A stretch of DNA of 64,000 nucleotides, taken from contig JADHVI010000001.1 in assembly GCA_016784125.1 (NCBI GenBank), positions 14,417 through 78,416 on the forward strand, written 5' to 3'. The notes below the pieces were generated by a model. That model was not told where the DNA came from. It did no database searches and was given only the letters and a program-made list of their open reading frames with translations. Shown piece by piece: positions 25,659 through 36,390 of the stretch. The position numbers were made by a program, and so were the translations under genes. The DNA comes from Candidatus Woesearchaeota archaeon. Its GTDB lineage: Archaea; Nanobdellota; Nanobdellia; Woesearchaeales; GCA-2686295. How positions within the stretch are numbered: the stretch's first letter is position 1; each line of letters starts with the position of its first letter.

Positions 25659-27677
25659 ATGGACATCACAGAACAGATAAACAAGTTTCAAGAATTTTTT
25701 GAAACTAATTATCTGAACGACTTGCTGGAAAGTGCACAATCAGGTAAAGAATTCTTTGTTGTTGACTTTGGAGATATATCTAAGTTTAGTCCTGAAATAG
25801 CTGAATCTCTGTTAGAGACGCCTGAAGAAATTCTTAAAGTTGCAGAATTAGCAGCCAACAAAGTAATTGGTGATGAGGAATCTAAAGAACTCAATATAAG
25901 AGTAAAAAATATTCCCCAGTCTAACCACATAAATATTCGAGACATTAGAAGTAAACATCTAAACCAATTCATTCAAGTTGAAGGAATTGTAAGACAAAAA
26001 TCTGATGTTAGACCTCAAGTTACTAGTGCAAAATTTGAATGTCCTAGTTGTGGAAATCTTATAAATATCTTACAACTAGATTCAAAATTCAAAGAACCAA
26101 GTAGATGTTCTTGCGGTAGAAAAGGAAAGTTTAGACTCATCAAAAAAGAACTCGTTGATGCACAAAAATTGGTTTTAGAAGAAGCGCCAGAGGATTTAAC
26201 TGGTGGTGAACAACCAAAGAGAGTTAATATTTTTCTAAAAAAAGATCTTGTTTCTCCAATATCAGAGAAAAAAACAAATCCTGGTAGTAAATTGAGAATT
26301 GTTGGAGAAATCAAAGAAGTCCCAATAACTTTGGCGTCTGGAGGCATATCAACAAGGTATGATTTAATGATAGAAACAAATTATTTAGAGCCTATACAAG
26401 AAGACTTCACAGAAATCATCATATCTAAAGAAGAAATGGTTGATATAAAAAAGTTGAGCAATGATCCAAAAGTTTATGAAAAATTCATTGAGTCAATTGC
26501 TCCAACAATTTATGGTCATGACAAAGTAAAAGAAGCATTGGTTCTTCAATTAATGGGCGGTACAAAAAAAGTGAGAGAACAAGGTGCCGCATCTAGAGGA
26601 GATATGCACATTCTACTCATAGGTGATCCCGGTTCTGGAAAAAGTCAACTTCTAAAAAGAATTTCCAAAGTCGCTCCAAAAGCACGATATATAAGTGGAA
26701 AAGGCGCATCAGGTGCAGGATTAACAGCCAGTGTTGTAAAAGATGAATTCTTAAGAGGTTATGCATTAGAAGCAGGCGCATTAGTTTTAACAAATGGAGG
26801 GATCTGCTGTATAGACGAACTTGACAAGATGACTACTGAAGACCGAAGTGCAATGCACGAAGCTTTAGAACAGCAAACAATCACTATCTCAAAAGCAAAT
26901 ATTCAAGCAACCCTAAGAGCAGAAACAACTGTTTTGGCTGCTGCAAATCCAAAATTCGGAAGGTTTGACCCATATGAATTATTAGCTAAACAAATCGATC
27001 TTCCTTCAACGTTAATTAACAGATTTGATTTAATATTTCCAATCAGAGATATGCCTGATTCTGCAAGGGACACAAAAATGGCTGAGTTCATACTTAACAT
27101 GCATAAAGATTCGGGCGTAAAAGACGCAGATATAAGTACTGAATTGATAAAAAAATATGTTGCTTATGCCAGACAAAAAGTTGCGCCTCAAATAACTTCT
27201 CAAGCATTGAATGAAATTAAAAATTTCTATGTTCAAATGCGAAACAGTGCCACATCAGAAGATGGTATTGTAACAATCCCAATATCTCCAAGACAATTAG
27301 AAGGGTTAGTAAGACTATCAGAGGCGTCTGCTAGAACAAGACTATCTGATAAAGTTACACGAAAAGATTCACAAAGAGCAATAGAACTTGTTAGATTCTG
27401 TTTGCTACAAATAGGATTAGACCCAGAAACAGGAAAAATAGATATTGATAGAATAAGTTCCGGAATAACTGCTACAGAGAGATCTCATATTTCAATAGTT
27501 AAAGATATAATTAACGAATTAGAAAAAGCGATTGGAAAAACAATTCCTGTAGAAGATGTGGTTAGAGAAGCAGAGATTAAAGGTGTTGATTCAAAGAAAG
27601 TAGAAGAAGTTGTTGAAAAACTAAAAAGATCAGGAGACATTTTTAGTCCCAGACATGGATTAATATCTAAGATTTAA
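25659..27677 (+). CDS. mcm: MCM replicative helicase
   Basis: Zinc motif CPSCGN...CSCG, Walker A GDPGSGKSQLL, Walker B CCIDELDKM, NRFDLIF (arginine-finger region), C-terminal winged helix. It starts 1 nt after the tbp stop. No intein. Confidence 0.95.
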   Translation: MDITEQINKFQEFFETNYLNDLLESAQSGKEFFVVDFGDISKFSPEIAESLLETPEEILKVAELAANKVIGDEESKELNIRVKNIPQSNHINIRDIRSKHLNQFIQVEGIVRQKSDVRPQVTSAKFECPSCGNLINILQLDSKFKEPSRCSCGRKGKFRLIKKELVDAQKLVLEEAPEDLTGGEQPKRVNIFLKKDLVSPISEKKTNPGSKLRIVGEIKEVPITLASGGISTRYDLMIETNYLEPIQEDFTEIIISKEEMVDIKKLSNDPKVYEKFIESIAPTIYGHDKVKEALVLQLMGGTKKVREQGAASRGDMHILLIGDPGSGKSQLLKRISKVAPKARYISGKGASGAGLTASVVKDEFLRGYALEAGALVLTNGGICCIDELDKMTTEDRSAMHEALEQQTITISKANIQATLRAETTVLAAANPKFGRFDPYELLAKQIDLPSTLINRFDLIFPIRDMPDSARDTKMAEFILNMHKDSGVKDADISTELIKKYVAYARQKVAPQITSQALNEIKNFYVQMRNSATSEDGIVTIPISPRQLEGLVRLSEASARTRLSDKVTRKDSQRAIELVRFCLLQIGLDPETGKIDIDRISSGITATERSHISIVKDIINELEKAIGKTIPVEDVVREAEIKGVDSKKVEEVVEKLKRSGDIFSPRHGLISKI

Positions 27678-27688
27678 ATTCCAAAAAA

Positions 27689-28294
27689 ATGACCCTCACT
27701 AGACAAACAGCCAAAAAATGTATGATTAAAGACATACTTGAAGGAAGATATGTGAGAAGAGAGGGCTGGGAACCAAATTATTTAGAAACAAACTACGGAA
27801 AAATTTCTCGAGTAAATCTTATGGGCTTAATCATTGGTGCTGATGAGTACAGTTTAACATTGGATGATGGCTCAGGTCAAATTTCTCTAAGAAGCTTTGA
27901 AGAAACAACCATCTTAAAAGGTAAGCTAGTTGGAGACATCGTTCTTGTTATTGGCAGACCAAGATTATTTAATGAACAAAGATTCATCGTTCCTGAAATT
28001 ATAAAAAAAATTGTTAATCCAAAATGGATTAAGTATAGAAAACTTGAATTAACCCGTGCCAAAATAACAATAAAACCAAATAATGAAGAACAATCTATTT
28101 CAGAAGTAAAAACAGAAAGCAATATAACAGACGCTTTAATTAAAAAAATTACTGAGCTTGACAAAGGCAACGGTACAATAATTGAAGAACTCTTCAAATA
28201 TTTTGAGGAAAGCAAAGCCAACAGAACTATTAATCAACTAATTGAACAAGGAGAAATTTTCGAAATTAAACCTGGCATTGTAAAAGTTATTTAG
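27689..28294 (+). CDS. OB-fold + C-terminal winged-helix protein (RPA32/Stn1-like architecture)
   Basis: OB-like core KISRVNLMGLIIGADEYSLTLDDGSGQISLRSF...IVLVIGRPRLFNEQRFIVPEII. wH-like tail TIIEELFKYFEE...INQLIEQGEIFEIKPGIVKVI. Directly follows mcm. Confidence 0.5.
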   Translation: MTLTRQTAKKCMIKDILEGRYVRREGWEPNYLETNYGKISRVNLMGLIIGADEYSLTLDDGSGQISLRSFEETTILKGKLVGDIVLVIGRPRLFNEQRFIVPEIIKKIVNPKWIKYRKLELTRAKITIKPNNEEQSISEVKTESNITDALIKKITELDKGNGTIIEELFKYFEESKANRTINQLIEQGEIFEIKPGIVKVI

Positions 28295-29142
28295 AATATG
28301 ATTGGTGTTACATATACTTCTAAAAGTCCCGCCAAGAACAGTAAAAAAATGCTCAACAGCAATAAATCTGCAGAATCTAAAAGTATGTGTTCAAACTTTC
28401 TCGTCCCAAAATCGTGTCTTATTACCGCAACAGATATAATGCCACCCGCCAATCCTGCAACAAAATAGGCTAATATTTCTGGAATTCCATGCACAACGTA
28501 TTTTAGCAGCCCAATGGATATGATCTGAAAGTATTGTCCTGTCCGTTCAAACCCAACTAAAGTTGAATAAAATGCGATGTTTGATCTTATAAAATTACCC
28601 ATGGCAGCACCAATAACGGACGCATTCCACGAAAGTATAAATATTGCTCCTGAACCATAAAGGAAAGAAAAGAGAACACAAAAAATAAGCACTTTAATAT
28701 TATTAAAAAATATTTTTACAAAAGAATTAATATCACCTGAAACATAACCAGTAACATTAGGATTAATATTTTGAATCGTTGCTGTCTGAGTTTCAAAAAG
28801 AATAGAAACAGTTTCTGAAGGTAATACAACATACCAAAGTGTACATGCCAAAACAATACCTATAAATAATGCCATAAAAACTTTCAAGGCCTTCCCATGC
28901 TCTTTCAACAACCATCGCTCGCCCATGTCTTGAAGATCTTTTTCTTCTTCCATTTTAATGGTGTTAAACATTAAAGGTATACATGCCATCACGGTCAGAA
29001 ATATCATTATTAAACTAGAATAAGATTTAAAAATCCATAAACTGAGAAAAACTGATATTGTACAATAAACAAATCCCAACAATATTAACCTGCTGGGTCG
29101 AGTTTCTGCTTTGAAAGGATCTATTAAAGACTCTAAAACCAT
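28291..29142 (-). CDS. SpoIIM-family (DUF95) membrane protein
   Basis: Contains FFNNIKVLIFCVLFSFLYGSGAIFIL and VVHGIPEILAYFVAGLAGG. Multiple TM helices. Confidence 0.6.
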   Translation of the reverse strand: MVLESLIDPFKAETRPSRLILLGFVYCTISVFLSLWIFKSYSSLIMIFLTVMACIPLMFNTIKMEEEKDLQDMGERWLLKEHGKALKVFMALFIGIVLACTLWYVVLPSETVSILFETQTATIQNINPNVTGYVSGDINSFVKIFFNNIKVLIFCVLFSFLYGSGAIFILSWNASVIGAAMGNFIRSNIAFYSTLVGFERTGQYFQIISIGLLKYVVHGIPEILAYFVAGLAGGIISVAVIRHDFGTRKFEHILLDSADLLLLSIFLLFLAGLLEVYVTPIIF

Positions 29143-29222
29143 GAAATTTGAATTCGCTTTATAGGTTTAAAAATTTTTCTAAATAGAAAAAGTTTAAATA
29201 TGCTCCACCGTTTCTCCAAAAC

Positions 29223-29630
29223 ATGAATTATGAAGACATGTTAAAGAAAGGAAAAGAAGAATTACCAGATGTTACTTCGGAAAAAGAAAGATTCAACATA
29301 CCAAAGGTTCGTGGTCATGTTGAAGGAAATAAAACCATTGTAAATAACTTTACTGAAATAACAAAAGTTCTTCGAAGAAATACGGAACACGTTCTCAAAT
29401 ATGTCTTGAAAGAATTAGCAACGCCAGGTGAAATGAGAAAAAATGCGGTAATATTTGGATCAAAAATTTCTGCATCAAAAGTTAATGAAAAAATCGTTCA
29501 GTATGCAGATAAATTTGTTGTTTGTAAGGAATGCGGAAAGCCAGATACAAAACTAACAAAAGAAGGAGAAATTTATTTCCTAAAATGTCAGGCTTGTGGT
29601 GCAAAATATTCTTTCTATTCAAAAATATAA
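29223..29630 (+). CDS. Translation initiation factor aIF2 beta subunit
   Basis: 135 aa. RFNIPKVRGHVEGNKTIVNNF and a zinc ribbon CKECGKPDTKL...CQACGA. Confidence 0.85.
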   Translation: MNYEDMLKKGKEELPDVTSEKERFNIPKVRGHVEGNKTIVNNFTEITKVLRRNTEHVLKYVLKELATPGEMRKNAVIFGSKISASKVNEKIVQYADKFVVCKECGKPDTKLTKEGEIYFLKCQACGAKYSFYSKI

Positions 29631-29631
29631 A

Positions 29632-29925
29632 ATGTTTATTGTAAAAAAACACACCCACAACAACCAACTATTATTATCAATTATTGATGAAGATTTGATT
29701 GGTAAAAAAATAGTTGAAGGTAAAAAAGAGCTCAATCTAACATCTACGTTTTATGCTGGAGAAGAAATGAGTAAAGAAGAAATTCTTAACCTAATCAAAA
29801 AAGCTGTTCAACTCAACGTTGTCGGAAAGAAAATTGTTTCTTTTCTTGAAAAAGAAGGACACATAGAACATGTTTTAGAAATAAATGACATTCCTTATGC
29901 ATTAATAGTTATTAACAAAAACTAA
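29632..29925 (+). CDS. DUF424-like small protein
   Basis: MFIVKKHTHNNQLLLSIIDEDLIGKK... The ATG at 29632 lies directly after the aIF2-beta stop. The track start at 29596 would overlap aIF2-beta. Confidence 0.5.
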   Translation: MFIVKKHTHNNQLLLSIIDEDLIGKKIVEGKKELNLTSTFYAGEEMSKEEILNLIKKAVQLNVVGKKIVSFLEKEGHIEHVLEINDIPYALIVINKN

Positions 29926-32900
29926 CCAAACCACTTACCAAGTCCTTCTTGTTTTTCTTTATCCCTACCAAAAACATCTTCAATTCTTCTTTTTGTTAAC
30001 TCCAATGATTGCATTAAATAAGGAGAAACATTATACTTTGTTGCTAAACTTATGCTTGGTTCCAAATACTTAACAACCGATCCTTCAGAAACAGTAAAAA
30101 TAATTCTTCCCCCACACTCTGTGCATTTACCAATTAATGGAGGTCGTCTGTATTTAGAATTACAATCAATACATCTAAATCGTTGAGATGAAAATTTTCT
30201 AAGATTTCCTTTAATATCTCTTAAAAAATGTTTTTCGATAACTAAACGTGCAACATCTGTTTTATCAACAGCCCTTATCTTTTCAGCAAGATCCATTTGT
30301 CCTTTTAACTTTTCTTGCATACTAGGAAGTAATTTGTAAGCCGAACATAAAACTCCATGATTCAAATCTGTTGTGGAGTGAGTAAAACCATAACTCTCAT
30401 ATTGTCCTGGTGTACCTAAATAATCTCCAACTTGTTTTATATCAACCTCCCACGGCATTTTATATTCCATGGCCGCCTCATAAAATTTAAGAGGATATGA
30501 AAATTGTATATCCATGTGAAAAATCATATCATCAACTTCTGCAGGATTAAGAAAATATGTTAGTACCAAAGGAGCATCCATTGTGCTTCCTCTGGAAGAT
30601 GGGAGATATTTTTGCGAAAAATTCAAGAAAGCGTCCATTAATAAGAAGAAGCAAGATTCATCTCCATCAACATCTCTTCTCATAGCTGCATGAAACAAAG
30701 GATGAGCAAAAAACGCTTGTGTTTTTGAAAAACCAATAATACGACCCAAAATGCCTGCTGAAGTGTGTGGTGCTAAACCAACTATGTAGTGTCCAATCAA
30801 ATCTTCTTTTGATTTTAAATTATAAAATGGTTTTAAACCATAAAGTTTCACAAGCAATTCATCAAGAAATTTTGATATTTTAAATAATACATCATCTGCA
30901 GGTCTGTTTGGAGAAATAGGACAACAAGGAATAATGATATCTTGAGGTCTTATTTCTAGTATTTGAGTTTCTTTTTCTAAAGATTGACCATATATATCTT
31001 TTAGATAACCCAGGGATTTTGCTTTTTCAACAGAAATACCAATTTCTTTAGGCTTAAAATGAGTTATAGCCAATTCAGAACAATCATATCTTGTGGTTCC
31101 ATCTTTATTTACAAAAACAGAATGCTTAGCTCTCAAAATCGCCTTTATCAAATGTTCGGGAATATGATCTGGATTAAAAGTGCCTCTAACCCCCTTAATA
31201 AGGTCTGGAAAAATATTTGTATCTAATTTTTTCAATAAATTATTAAAAATTGTTTTTATATCAATCTCTTTGTTCTTAAAATTTTTCGCACCTTCTTCTT
31301 CACTTAGAATCCTATCAGTTTTTTTACCACATTCATCACACACAGAAAAAACACTTTCTTTTTTACAAGAAGGACAATTATATACTGCAAAGTCAGCAGT
31401 TACTTTTCCAATTTGAAAAGCTGATTGAAATGATCTAAACTTACCACCTTCTGCTCCAACAGGGAATAAACCGTGTGGTGAACCAACCATTTTTCGCATC
31501 TTGGCTTTCTCAGGCCGACCCATTCTTGCACCAATAAAAATGCCTGCTTTATCTCTTATTTTTAATTCAGAAAATTCATTGATAAACTGTAAAGGTTTCT
31601 TATTATCAATATTGTTCATTTTTTGAAGTAAAACATCAATTTCAGAAGGGCTTATAATTCCAAGTTGAATTAAAAGTGCATCAGCAACATCCTTTTCTAA
31701 AACAACAAATTCTTTGTTAACTAATAAATGTGGAATTCCAATAAGTTCTAAAATTTTCTTTTCTTCAGAATTATTCAAAATTAATTTTTCATCTCTTATT
31801 TCAAACTTCTTAAACCACCCTAATAAAGATTTTAATTGTTCTGAAGACACACAATTCCAATAAAAAATGTGCGAAGGATGAAGTGGAACACCAAAACCTT
31901 TAGATAAATCAACTGCCGCATAAAGTGATAATTTGGTTTTTATAGGATTAGAAAATAATTTTTTTAGATTCTCTTTTGAAATATTAACCATCTCAGAAAT
32001 TTTTTCATAATCAATACTTCCAAACATTTCCATTGCTGATTTTTCAAGTTCTTGGATCCAATATTCTTGACAGTAACCTGGCGGAACTAATCTGTGAGCC
32101 CTATCAAAAAAATCTCCATATGCAATGAGAAAATCTCCTAAAAATAATATTTTCTCAACTTGAGACTTATGTTTTTTAGCTAAGTCTTCGGTCTCCAAAA
32201 AAATTACCTCTCCACTCTTCAATTTAACTATAGGACCATCAACACTATCACACACAGTGTAAGCTGAAGCTTTACCAGGTCGTTCAACTTTAAGCTGAGT
32301 TCCTGTTGCAAGATAATTATTTAATATATGCATCGTGGCCGGATGAACAGATTGACCAGAATAACCCGACACTCTAGAGCGACCATATCTTAACCTAAAT
32401 GCTCCAGGTCTCATAGGGTGACCTAATACTGGTCTGCCAGCAACCAAGTCTTTGATATAAGTATAATCAGGAGATATTTTACTTGATTTAACTCCTTTAC
32501 CTTCTGCTTTTGATTTTTTCTGTATGCTAATGAATTCTTCTAAAAATTTCCAGTGACCCAAACCAAACTCTTCAGCCCACTTATTTATTTTCGCCCAAAT
32601 TTTAGGTGCTTTCAAAGGAATACAACTGCTATGTATTAAACAATAACCACTTCTCATAATATTGGTATTTACTCTAGGAAGATCTTTATAATTAACATTT
32701 GAAACCTCATATTTTTCAGATGGCTCTCCAGATACCTCAATAGGTAAATGAGATGTCATAAATTCTGATTCTTCCTTTGAAGGAAAATACTGAAGATTAG
32801 TAACATACTCGTGATAATCTTCTAATTCTGCGTGACATCTTTTAATTTCTTTTTCTGTTGGGTCATACTCTTTGTATCCAAATTTTACTCTAAGATAATC

Positions 32901-33422
32901 TGCAATTACAACAGACCATGCCGCAGCAGTTCCGCCGGCATTTCTTATTGGACCTGAATAATATATACAGAAGTATTTTCCACCACCATCATTCCTATCC
33001 TTAAAATCCAAATGTGTAAAACCTTCAAGAGGGCTGCTAACAACCCCCAAAGTAACATATGTAAATCCTGTTCTTATACCAATTTCGATGGCTTCTTTTT
33101 CATCTTTAAATTCACAAAATTTTTGTTGAGCAACTTCTTCGGCTATTTTCAAAGCAACTCTTGTATCAAGAATACCATATTGTTTTTCAAGTTCTTCAAT
33201 TCTTTTTTCCGCGCCCTTATTTTTGATTTGTGGGGCAACAACACTTATTAAACCAATAACTCTTTCAGCCATGGTTTCTGCCAAGGTAATTTCTACTTTA
33301 GTAGAAGGATCATATCCTTTTGCTCTGGCCAGATTTGCAAAATCATACGATTTAACACAATCTTTTTTGAGTTGTGCAAAATATTTTCCCATTTCCTTTG
33401 AATATAACATTTTAGCGTCCAT
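29922..33422 (-). CDS. DNA polymerase II (family D) large subunit DP2
   Basis: 1166 aa, collinear with archaeal PolD DP2. Contains GPIRNAGGTAAAW, LGLAPHTSAGILGRIIGF, RRDVDGDE and C-terminal zinc modules CIDCNSKYRRPPLIGKCTECGG. No intein. Confidence 0.95.
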   Translation of the reverse strand: MDAKMLYSKEMGKYFAQLKKDCVKSYDFANLARAKGYDPSTKVEITLAETMAERVIGLISVVAPQIKNKGAEKRIEELEKQYGILDTRVALKIAEEVAQQKFCEFKDEKEAIEIGIRTGFTYVTLGVVSSPLEGFTHLDFKDRNDGGGKYFCIYYSGPIRNAGGTAAAWSVVIADYLRVKFGYKEYDPTEKEIKRCHAELEDYHEYVTNLQYFPSKEESEFMTSHLPIEVSGEPSEKYEVSNVNYKDLPRVNTNIMRSGYCLIHSSCIPLKAPKIWAKINKWAEEFGLGHWKFLEEFISIQKKSKAEGKGVKSSKISPDYTYIKDLVAGRPVLGHPMRPGAFRLRYGRSRVSGYSGQSVHPATMHILNNYLATGTQLKVERPGKASAYTVCDSVDGPIVKLKSGEVIFLETEDLAKKHKSQVEKILFLGDFLIAYGDFFDRAHRLVPPGYCQEYWIQELEKSAMEMFGSIDYEKISEMVNISKENLKKLFSNPIKTKLSLYAAVDLSKGFGVPLHPSHIFYWNCVSSEQLKSLLGWFKKFEIRDEKLILNNSEEKKILELIGIPHLLVNKEFVVLEKDVADALLIQLGIISPSEIDVLLQKMNNIDNKKPLQFINEFSELKIRDKAGIFIGARMGRPEKAKMRKMVGSPHGLFPVGAEGGKFRSFQSAFQIGKVTADFAVYNCPSCKKESVFSVCDECGKKTDRILSEEEGAKNFKNKEIDIKTIFNNLLKKLDTNIFPDLIKGVRGTFNPDHIPEHLIKAILRAKHSVFVNKDGTTRYDCSELAITHFKPKEIGISVEKAKSLGYLKDIYGQSLEKETQILEIRPQDIIIPCCPISPNRPADDVLFKISKFLDELLVKLYGLKPFYNLKSKEDLIGHYIVGLAPHTSAGILGRIIGFSKTQAFFAHPLFHAAMRRDVDGDESCFFLLMDAFLNFSQKYLPSSRGSTMDAPLVLTYFLNPAEVDDMIFHMDIQFSYPLKFYEAAMEYKMPWEVDIKQVGDYLGTPGQYESYGFTHSTTDLNHGVLCSAYKLLPSMQEKLKGQMDLAEKIRAVDKTDVARLVIEKHFLRDIKGNLRKFSSQRFRCIDCNSKYRRPPLIGKCTECGGRIIFTVSEGSVVKYLEPSISLATKYNVSPYLMQSLELTKRRIEDVFGRDKEKQEGLGKWFG

Positions 33423-34800
33423 AAAAATTTATTAATTTGACTTTTCTTGTCTGCAAATTCATAACAAATATTCTACCTGGTTGAGGTTCTAGTCCTCTTT
33501 TTTCTTGATCTTCAGTTATGTCAGACCAACAAGAGGTATTTAATAGAGTTATATTTCTATATTCTGAAGCAGATGCACGATGAATGTGTCCCGTTACAAA
33601 TATATCTGGTATTTTATCAATTACTAAAGGATCTTCTTCTGCATCAGGAATATACATGTTTGATTCGTGTGTTGGCGCAAGATGTCTCTTTTGTAATAAA
33701 AATTTCATTATTAAATCAACTCGTTTTTGACCACCTGCATTTCTTATACTTTCAACATTGTTTGCATAATAAATCAAAGAATAACCATGATATAACAATA
33801 CATCTAACCCTGAAAAATCTTCTGTACTCCCAATATTTATCATTGCCGGATTACTTACAATCGCTGCGTTGGGAAGTTGCCATAAGGCTTCAGCAAAATC
33901 ATTATAAAGTGGTGGTTGAGGTTCAGCAATTCTTCCAGCATCGTGATTTCCCGGACAAATTATGAGTTTTTTATCAGATCCTATTTTAGAAAGAGATTTT
34001 GATAAAATCGCATATTGTTCCTTAATATCTTTTATTTCTAAATCTTCTTCTTGACCAGGATAAACACCTACACCTTCAACTAAATCTCCTGCAAAAAAAA
34101 TGTATTTAACTTTATTTGCAATTTCTTTTTGCTCTTCACTACCCACAGTTCCATTTATCCAAGCTAAAAATTTATCAAATTCCTTCTGCAAAAACACTTT
34201 TGAACCAAAATGAAAATCTCCTAAAAAAACAGCATAACTTTCAATGGGTGCTTTCTTAAATTCCTTATTCATTGGAACATCAGGAAAAATTACTTTATTA
34301 GAAAAAACAATGTTTTTCCCTGCAGAACCTATAACGCCTATAACTTCATCTAATACTAAATCTTTACCAACCGTATATGCTTCGTTGTTATTCTTATGTA
34401 TTAAAACAGATGTCTGTCCTGTTAAATCTTCCAACACTAATATTATATTTTTATTTTTTGTAAGAGATTTTTCCTTAATCATCCCTATTATTGAAACATT
34501 TTCTCTTTCTTCCTTAAGTTTTAATTTATTTATAGAAACCAAACCTTCCATTTCTGGTCTCATTCGAATAATTTTTTCCAATGCTTTAAATCTAAGATTA
34601 AAATACTTAAAAAAATCTGTTACAACCCTTTTTTTTGGCGATTTATTATAACTATACACAATTTTTACTTTTGCATCATTATCAATTGAGGTCATATTTT
34701 GAGTTGATTTCTCAACATTAGATTTGGCATTATCTAATTCTTCAGGGCTTATGAGTATTCCCTTTTCTAAGAGTTCACTTATTTTTTCAGAATGAGTCAT
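33412..34800 (-). CDS. DNA polymerase II (family D) small subunit DP1
   Basis: OB region followed by calcineurin-like phosphoesterase motifs FAGDLVEGVGVY, ICPGNHDA and VTGHIHRA. Overlaps both orc1 and DP2. Confidence 0.9.
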   Translation of the reverse strand: MTHSEKISELLEKGILISPEELDNAKSNVEKSTQNMTSIDNDAKVKIVYSYNKSPKKRVVTDFFKYFNLRFKALEKIIRMRPEMEGLVSINKLKLKEERENVSIIGMIKEKSLTKNKNIILVLEDLTGQTSVLIHKNNNEAYTVGKDLVLDEVIGVIGSAGKNIVFSNKVIFPDVPMNKEFKKAPIESYAVFLGDFHFGSKVFLQKEFDKFLAWINGTVGSEEQKEIANKVKYIFFAGDLVEGVGVYPGQEEDLEIKDIKEQYAILSKSLSKIGSDKKLIICPGNHDAGRIAEPQPPLYNDFAEALWQLPNAAIVSNPAMINIGSTEDFSGLDVLLYHGYSLIYYANNVESIRNAGGQKRVDLIMKFLLQKRHLAPTHESNMYIPDAEEDPLVIDKIPDIFVTGHIHRASASEYRNITLLNTSCWSDITEDQEKRGLEPQPGRIFVMNLQTRKVKLINFYGR

Positions 34801-36016
34801 TTTTTCTTTCTATTTCTAAAGCATTTTCAAGTATGGATATCATTTTTGGTTTTACACTTTCTGGAACCGAGAGAGAAATTTCTCTTGTTCGACCATATCT
34901 TCCTTTTGAAAGTACTTGTCCATTAATTATTCCGGCCATATCCAACTCAGCTATTATATCAGAAACTCTTCTTTGGGTTAAAGGTCTAAGTCCTATTTCA
35001 TTACAAACCTGCTTATAATAATCATATATTTCACCAGTAAAAATTTTTCCTTTTTGATTTGATTTTTTTAAAATAATCGCATATAGTGTGACTTGAAATT
35101 GTTTTGGTTGACTGTTTATTATTTCTAAAACCCTATCTTTTTCTATTTTATCTTCTGCTTCATCAAGATTCTCAATCATAATTGTTTTTTGACCTTTTCT
35201 TTCCGCTAACTCTCCAGCCACTCTTAGAAGTTCAAGCGCCCTTCTTGCATCACCATGGTCTCTGGCAGCATAAGCCGCACATTTTTCTATAACTCCAGCT
35301 TCGACAATATTTGGTTGAAAAGCAGATTTAGATCTTTTTTTTAAAATATCTTGAATTTGAATTGCATTATAAGGAGGAAATAAAACTTCTTCTTCACTCA
35401 AAGAAGATTTAACTCTAGGATCAAGATTATTAATAAATGTCAAATCATTGCTAACACCCACAATTGAAACTTTAGAACGTTTTAATTCAGTATTTACTCT
35501 TGTAAGATTATATATTAATTCATCACCTGTTTTTTTTATTAATTGATCTATTTCATCTAATACAACAAGTATTATCCTTTTTTTTTTATCTAAAGCATTA
35601 AAAAAAACATTGTACACTTCATCGGTTGGTAATCCTGTTGGAGGAATGGCTTTTCCGAAATGTCTTGCAAGTTGAGCAATTAAACGATATTCGGTATCAG
35701 CTATTTTTTTGAGTTTACAATTCAAATATAAAATTTCTAAAGAAATTTTTTTGTCTTCAGAAATTTCTTTCAATTGTTCACAAATATATTTTATTGTTAA
35801 AGTTTTTCCTGTGCCTGTTTTTCCATAAATAAAAAGATTAGAAGGTACTTCGCTTTTTAGAACAGGTGCAAGTATGCTTGCCACTTGTTCCATTTGTTCA
35901 TCCCTGTGATTAATTTCTTCAGGCATATATGATGCTTGTAAAATTCCTTTGTCGAGAAATAATGATTCTTTTTCTAAATAATTTTCAAAAAACCTCCCCA
36001 ATTTTTTTCCCTGCAT
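34787..36016 (-). CDS. cdc6: Orc1/Cdc6 replication initiator
   Basis: Walker A GKTGTGKT, Walker B VVLDEID, sensor region VGVSN, C-terminal winged helix. Adjacent to an AT-rich intergenic region. Confidence 0.95.
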   Translation of the reverse strand: MQGKKLGRFFENYLEKESLFLDKGILQASYMPEEINHRDEQMEQVASILAPVLKSEVPSNLFIYGKTGTGKTLTIKYICEQLKEISEDKKISLEILYLNCKLKKIADTEYRLIAQLARHFGKAIPPTGLPTDEVYNVFFNALDKKKRIILVVLDEIDQLIKKTGDELIYNLTRVNTELKRSKVSIVGVSNDLTFINNLDPRVKSSLSEEEVLFPPYNAIQIQDILKKRSKSAFQPNIVEAGVIEKCAAYAARDHGDARRALELLRVAGELAERKGQKTIMIENLDEAEDKIEKDRVLEIINSQPKQFQVTLYAIILKKSNQKGKIFTGEIYDYYKQVCNEIGLRPLTQRRVSDIIAELDMAGIINGQVLSKGRYGRTREISLSVPESVKPKMISILENALEIERKNDSF

Positions 36017-36020
36017 AAAA

Positions 36021-36040
36021 CTTCCAGAGGAAATGTAGGT
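36021..36040 (+). repeat. Mini-ORB-like dyad element
   Basis: cTTCCAGAGGAAAtgtaggt resembles the archaeal TTCCAnnGGAAA mini-ORB core. It lies 5 nt from the orc1 start codon. Confidence 0.45.
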
Positions 36041-36103
36041 TTATAAATATTTTGAGCTCTCATAATATATTATAAAAAATAGATTATTTACTATATGTAA
36101 CTC

Positions 36104-36127
36104 ACACCCTTGTTTCTCATGGAGATT
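36104..36127 (-). repeat. ORB-like element (left, minus orientation)
   Basis: Reverse complement is AATCTCCATGAGAAACAAGGGTGT. Compare the right copy AATCTCCAAATGAAATAGAGGGGT. Confidence 0.55.
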
Positions 36128-36390
36128 TTTTTATTTGAATTAAATTATCTACATTTTTTTAATTTAGTATTTTTTTGTTATAGTCGACAAAAAACATTTC
36201 AGAACCTTTTTTTGATTAATTTTTTCATAATTTCTTATTATTATATTATTATATTATTGATTTATTATATATTATATTATTTATTTTCAATATAGTAAAT
36301 AAATAATATAAAGAAAATAAAAAAATAACAAATAAAAAAAATTAAAATTAATCTAAAAATAAAAAAGAAAAAAATATTATCAGAATAAAT

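Noticed and set aside
36110-36295. 61-aa ORF (MFLMEIFLFELNYLHFF…) in the orc1-upstream gap
   Set aside because: It is a low-complexity product of an almost pure A/T stretch (Phe/Ile/Tyr/Leu/Asn codons) with no start context. It lies in the putative DNA unwinding element.
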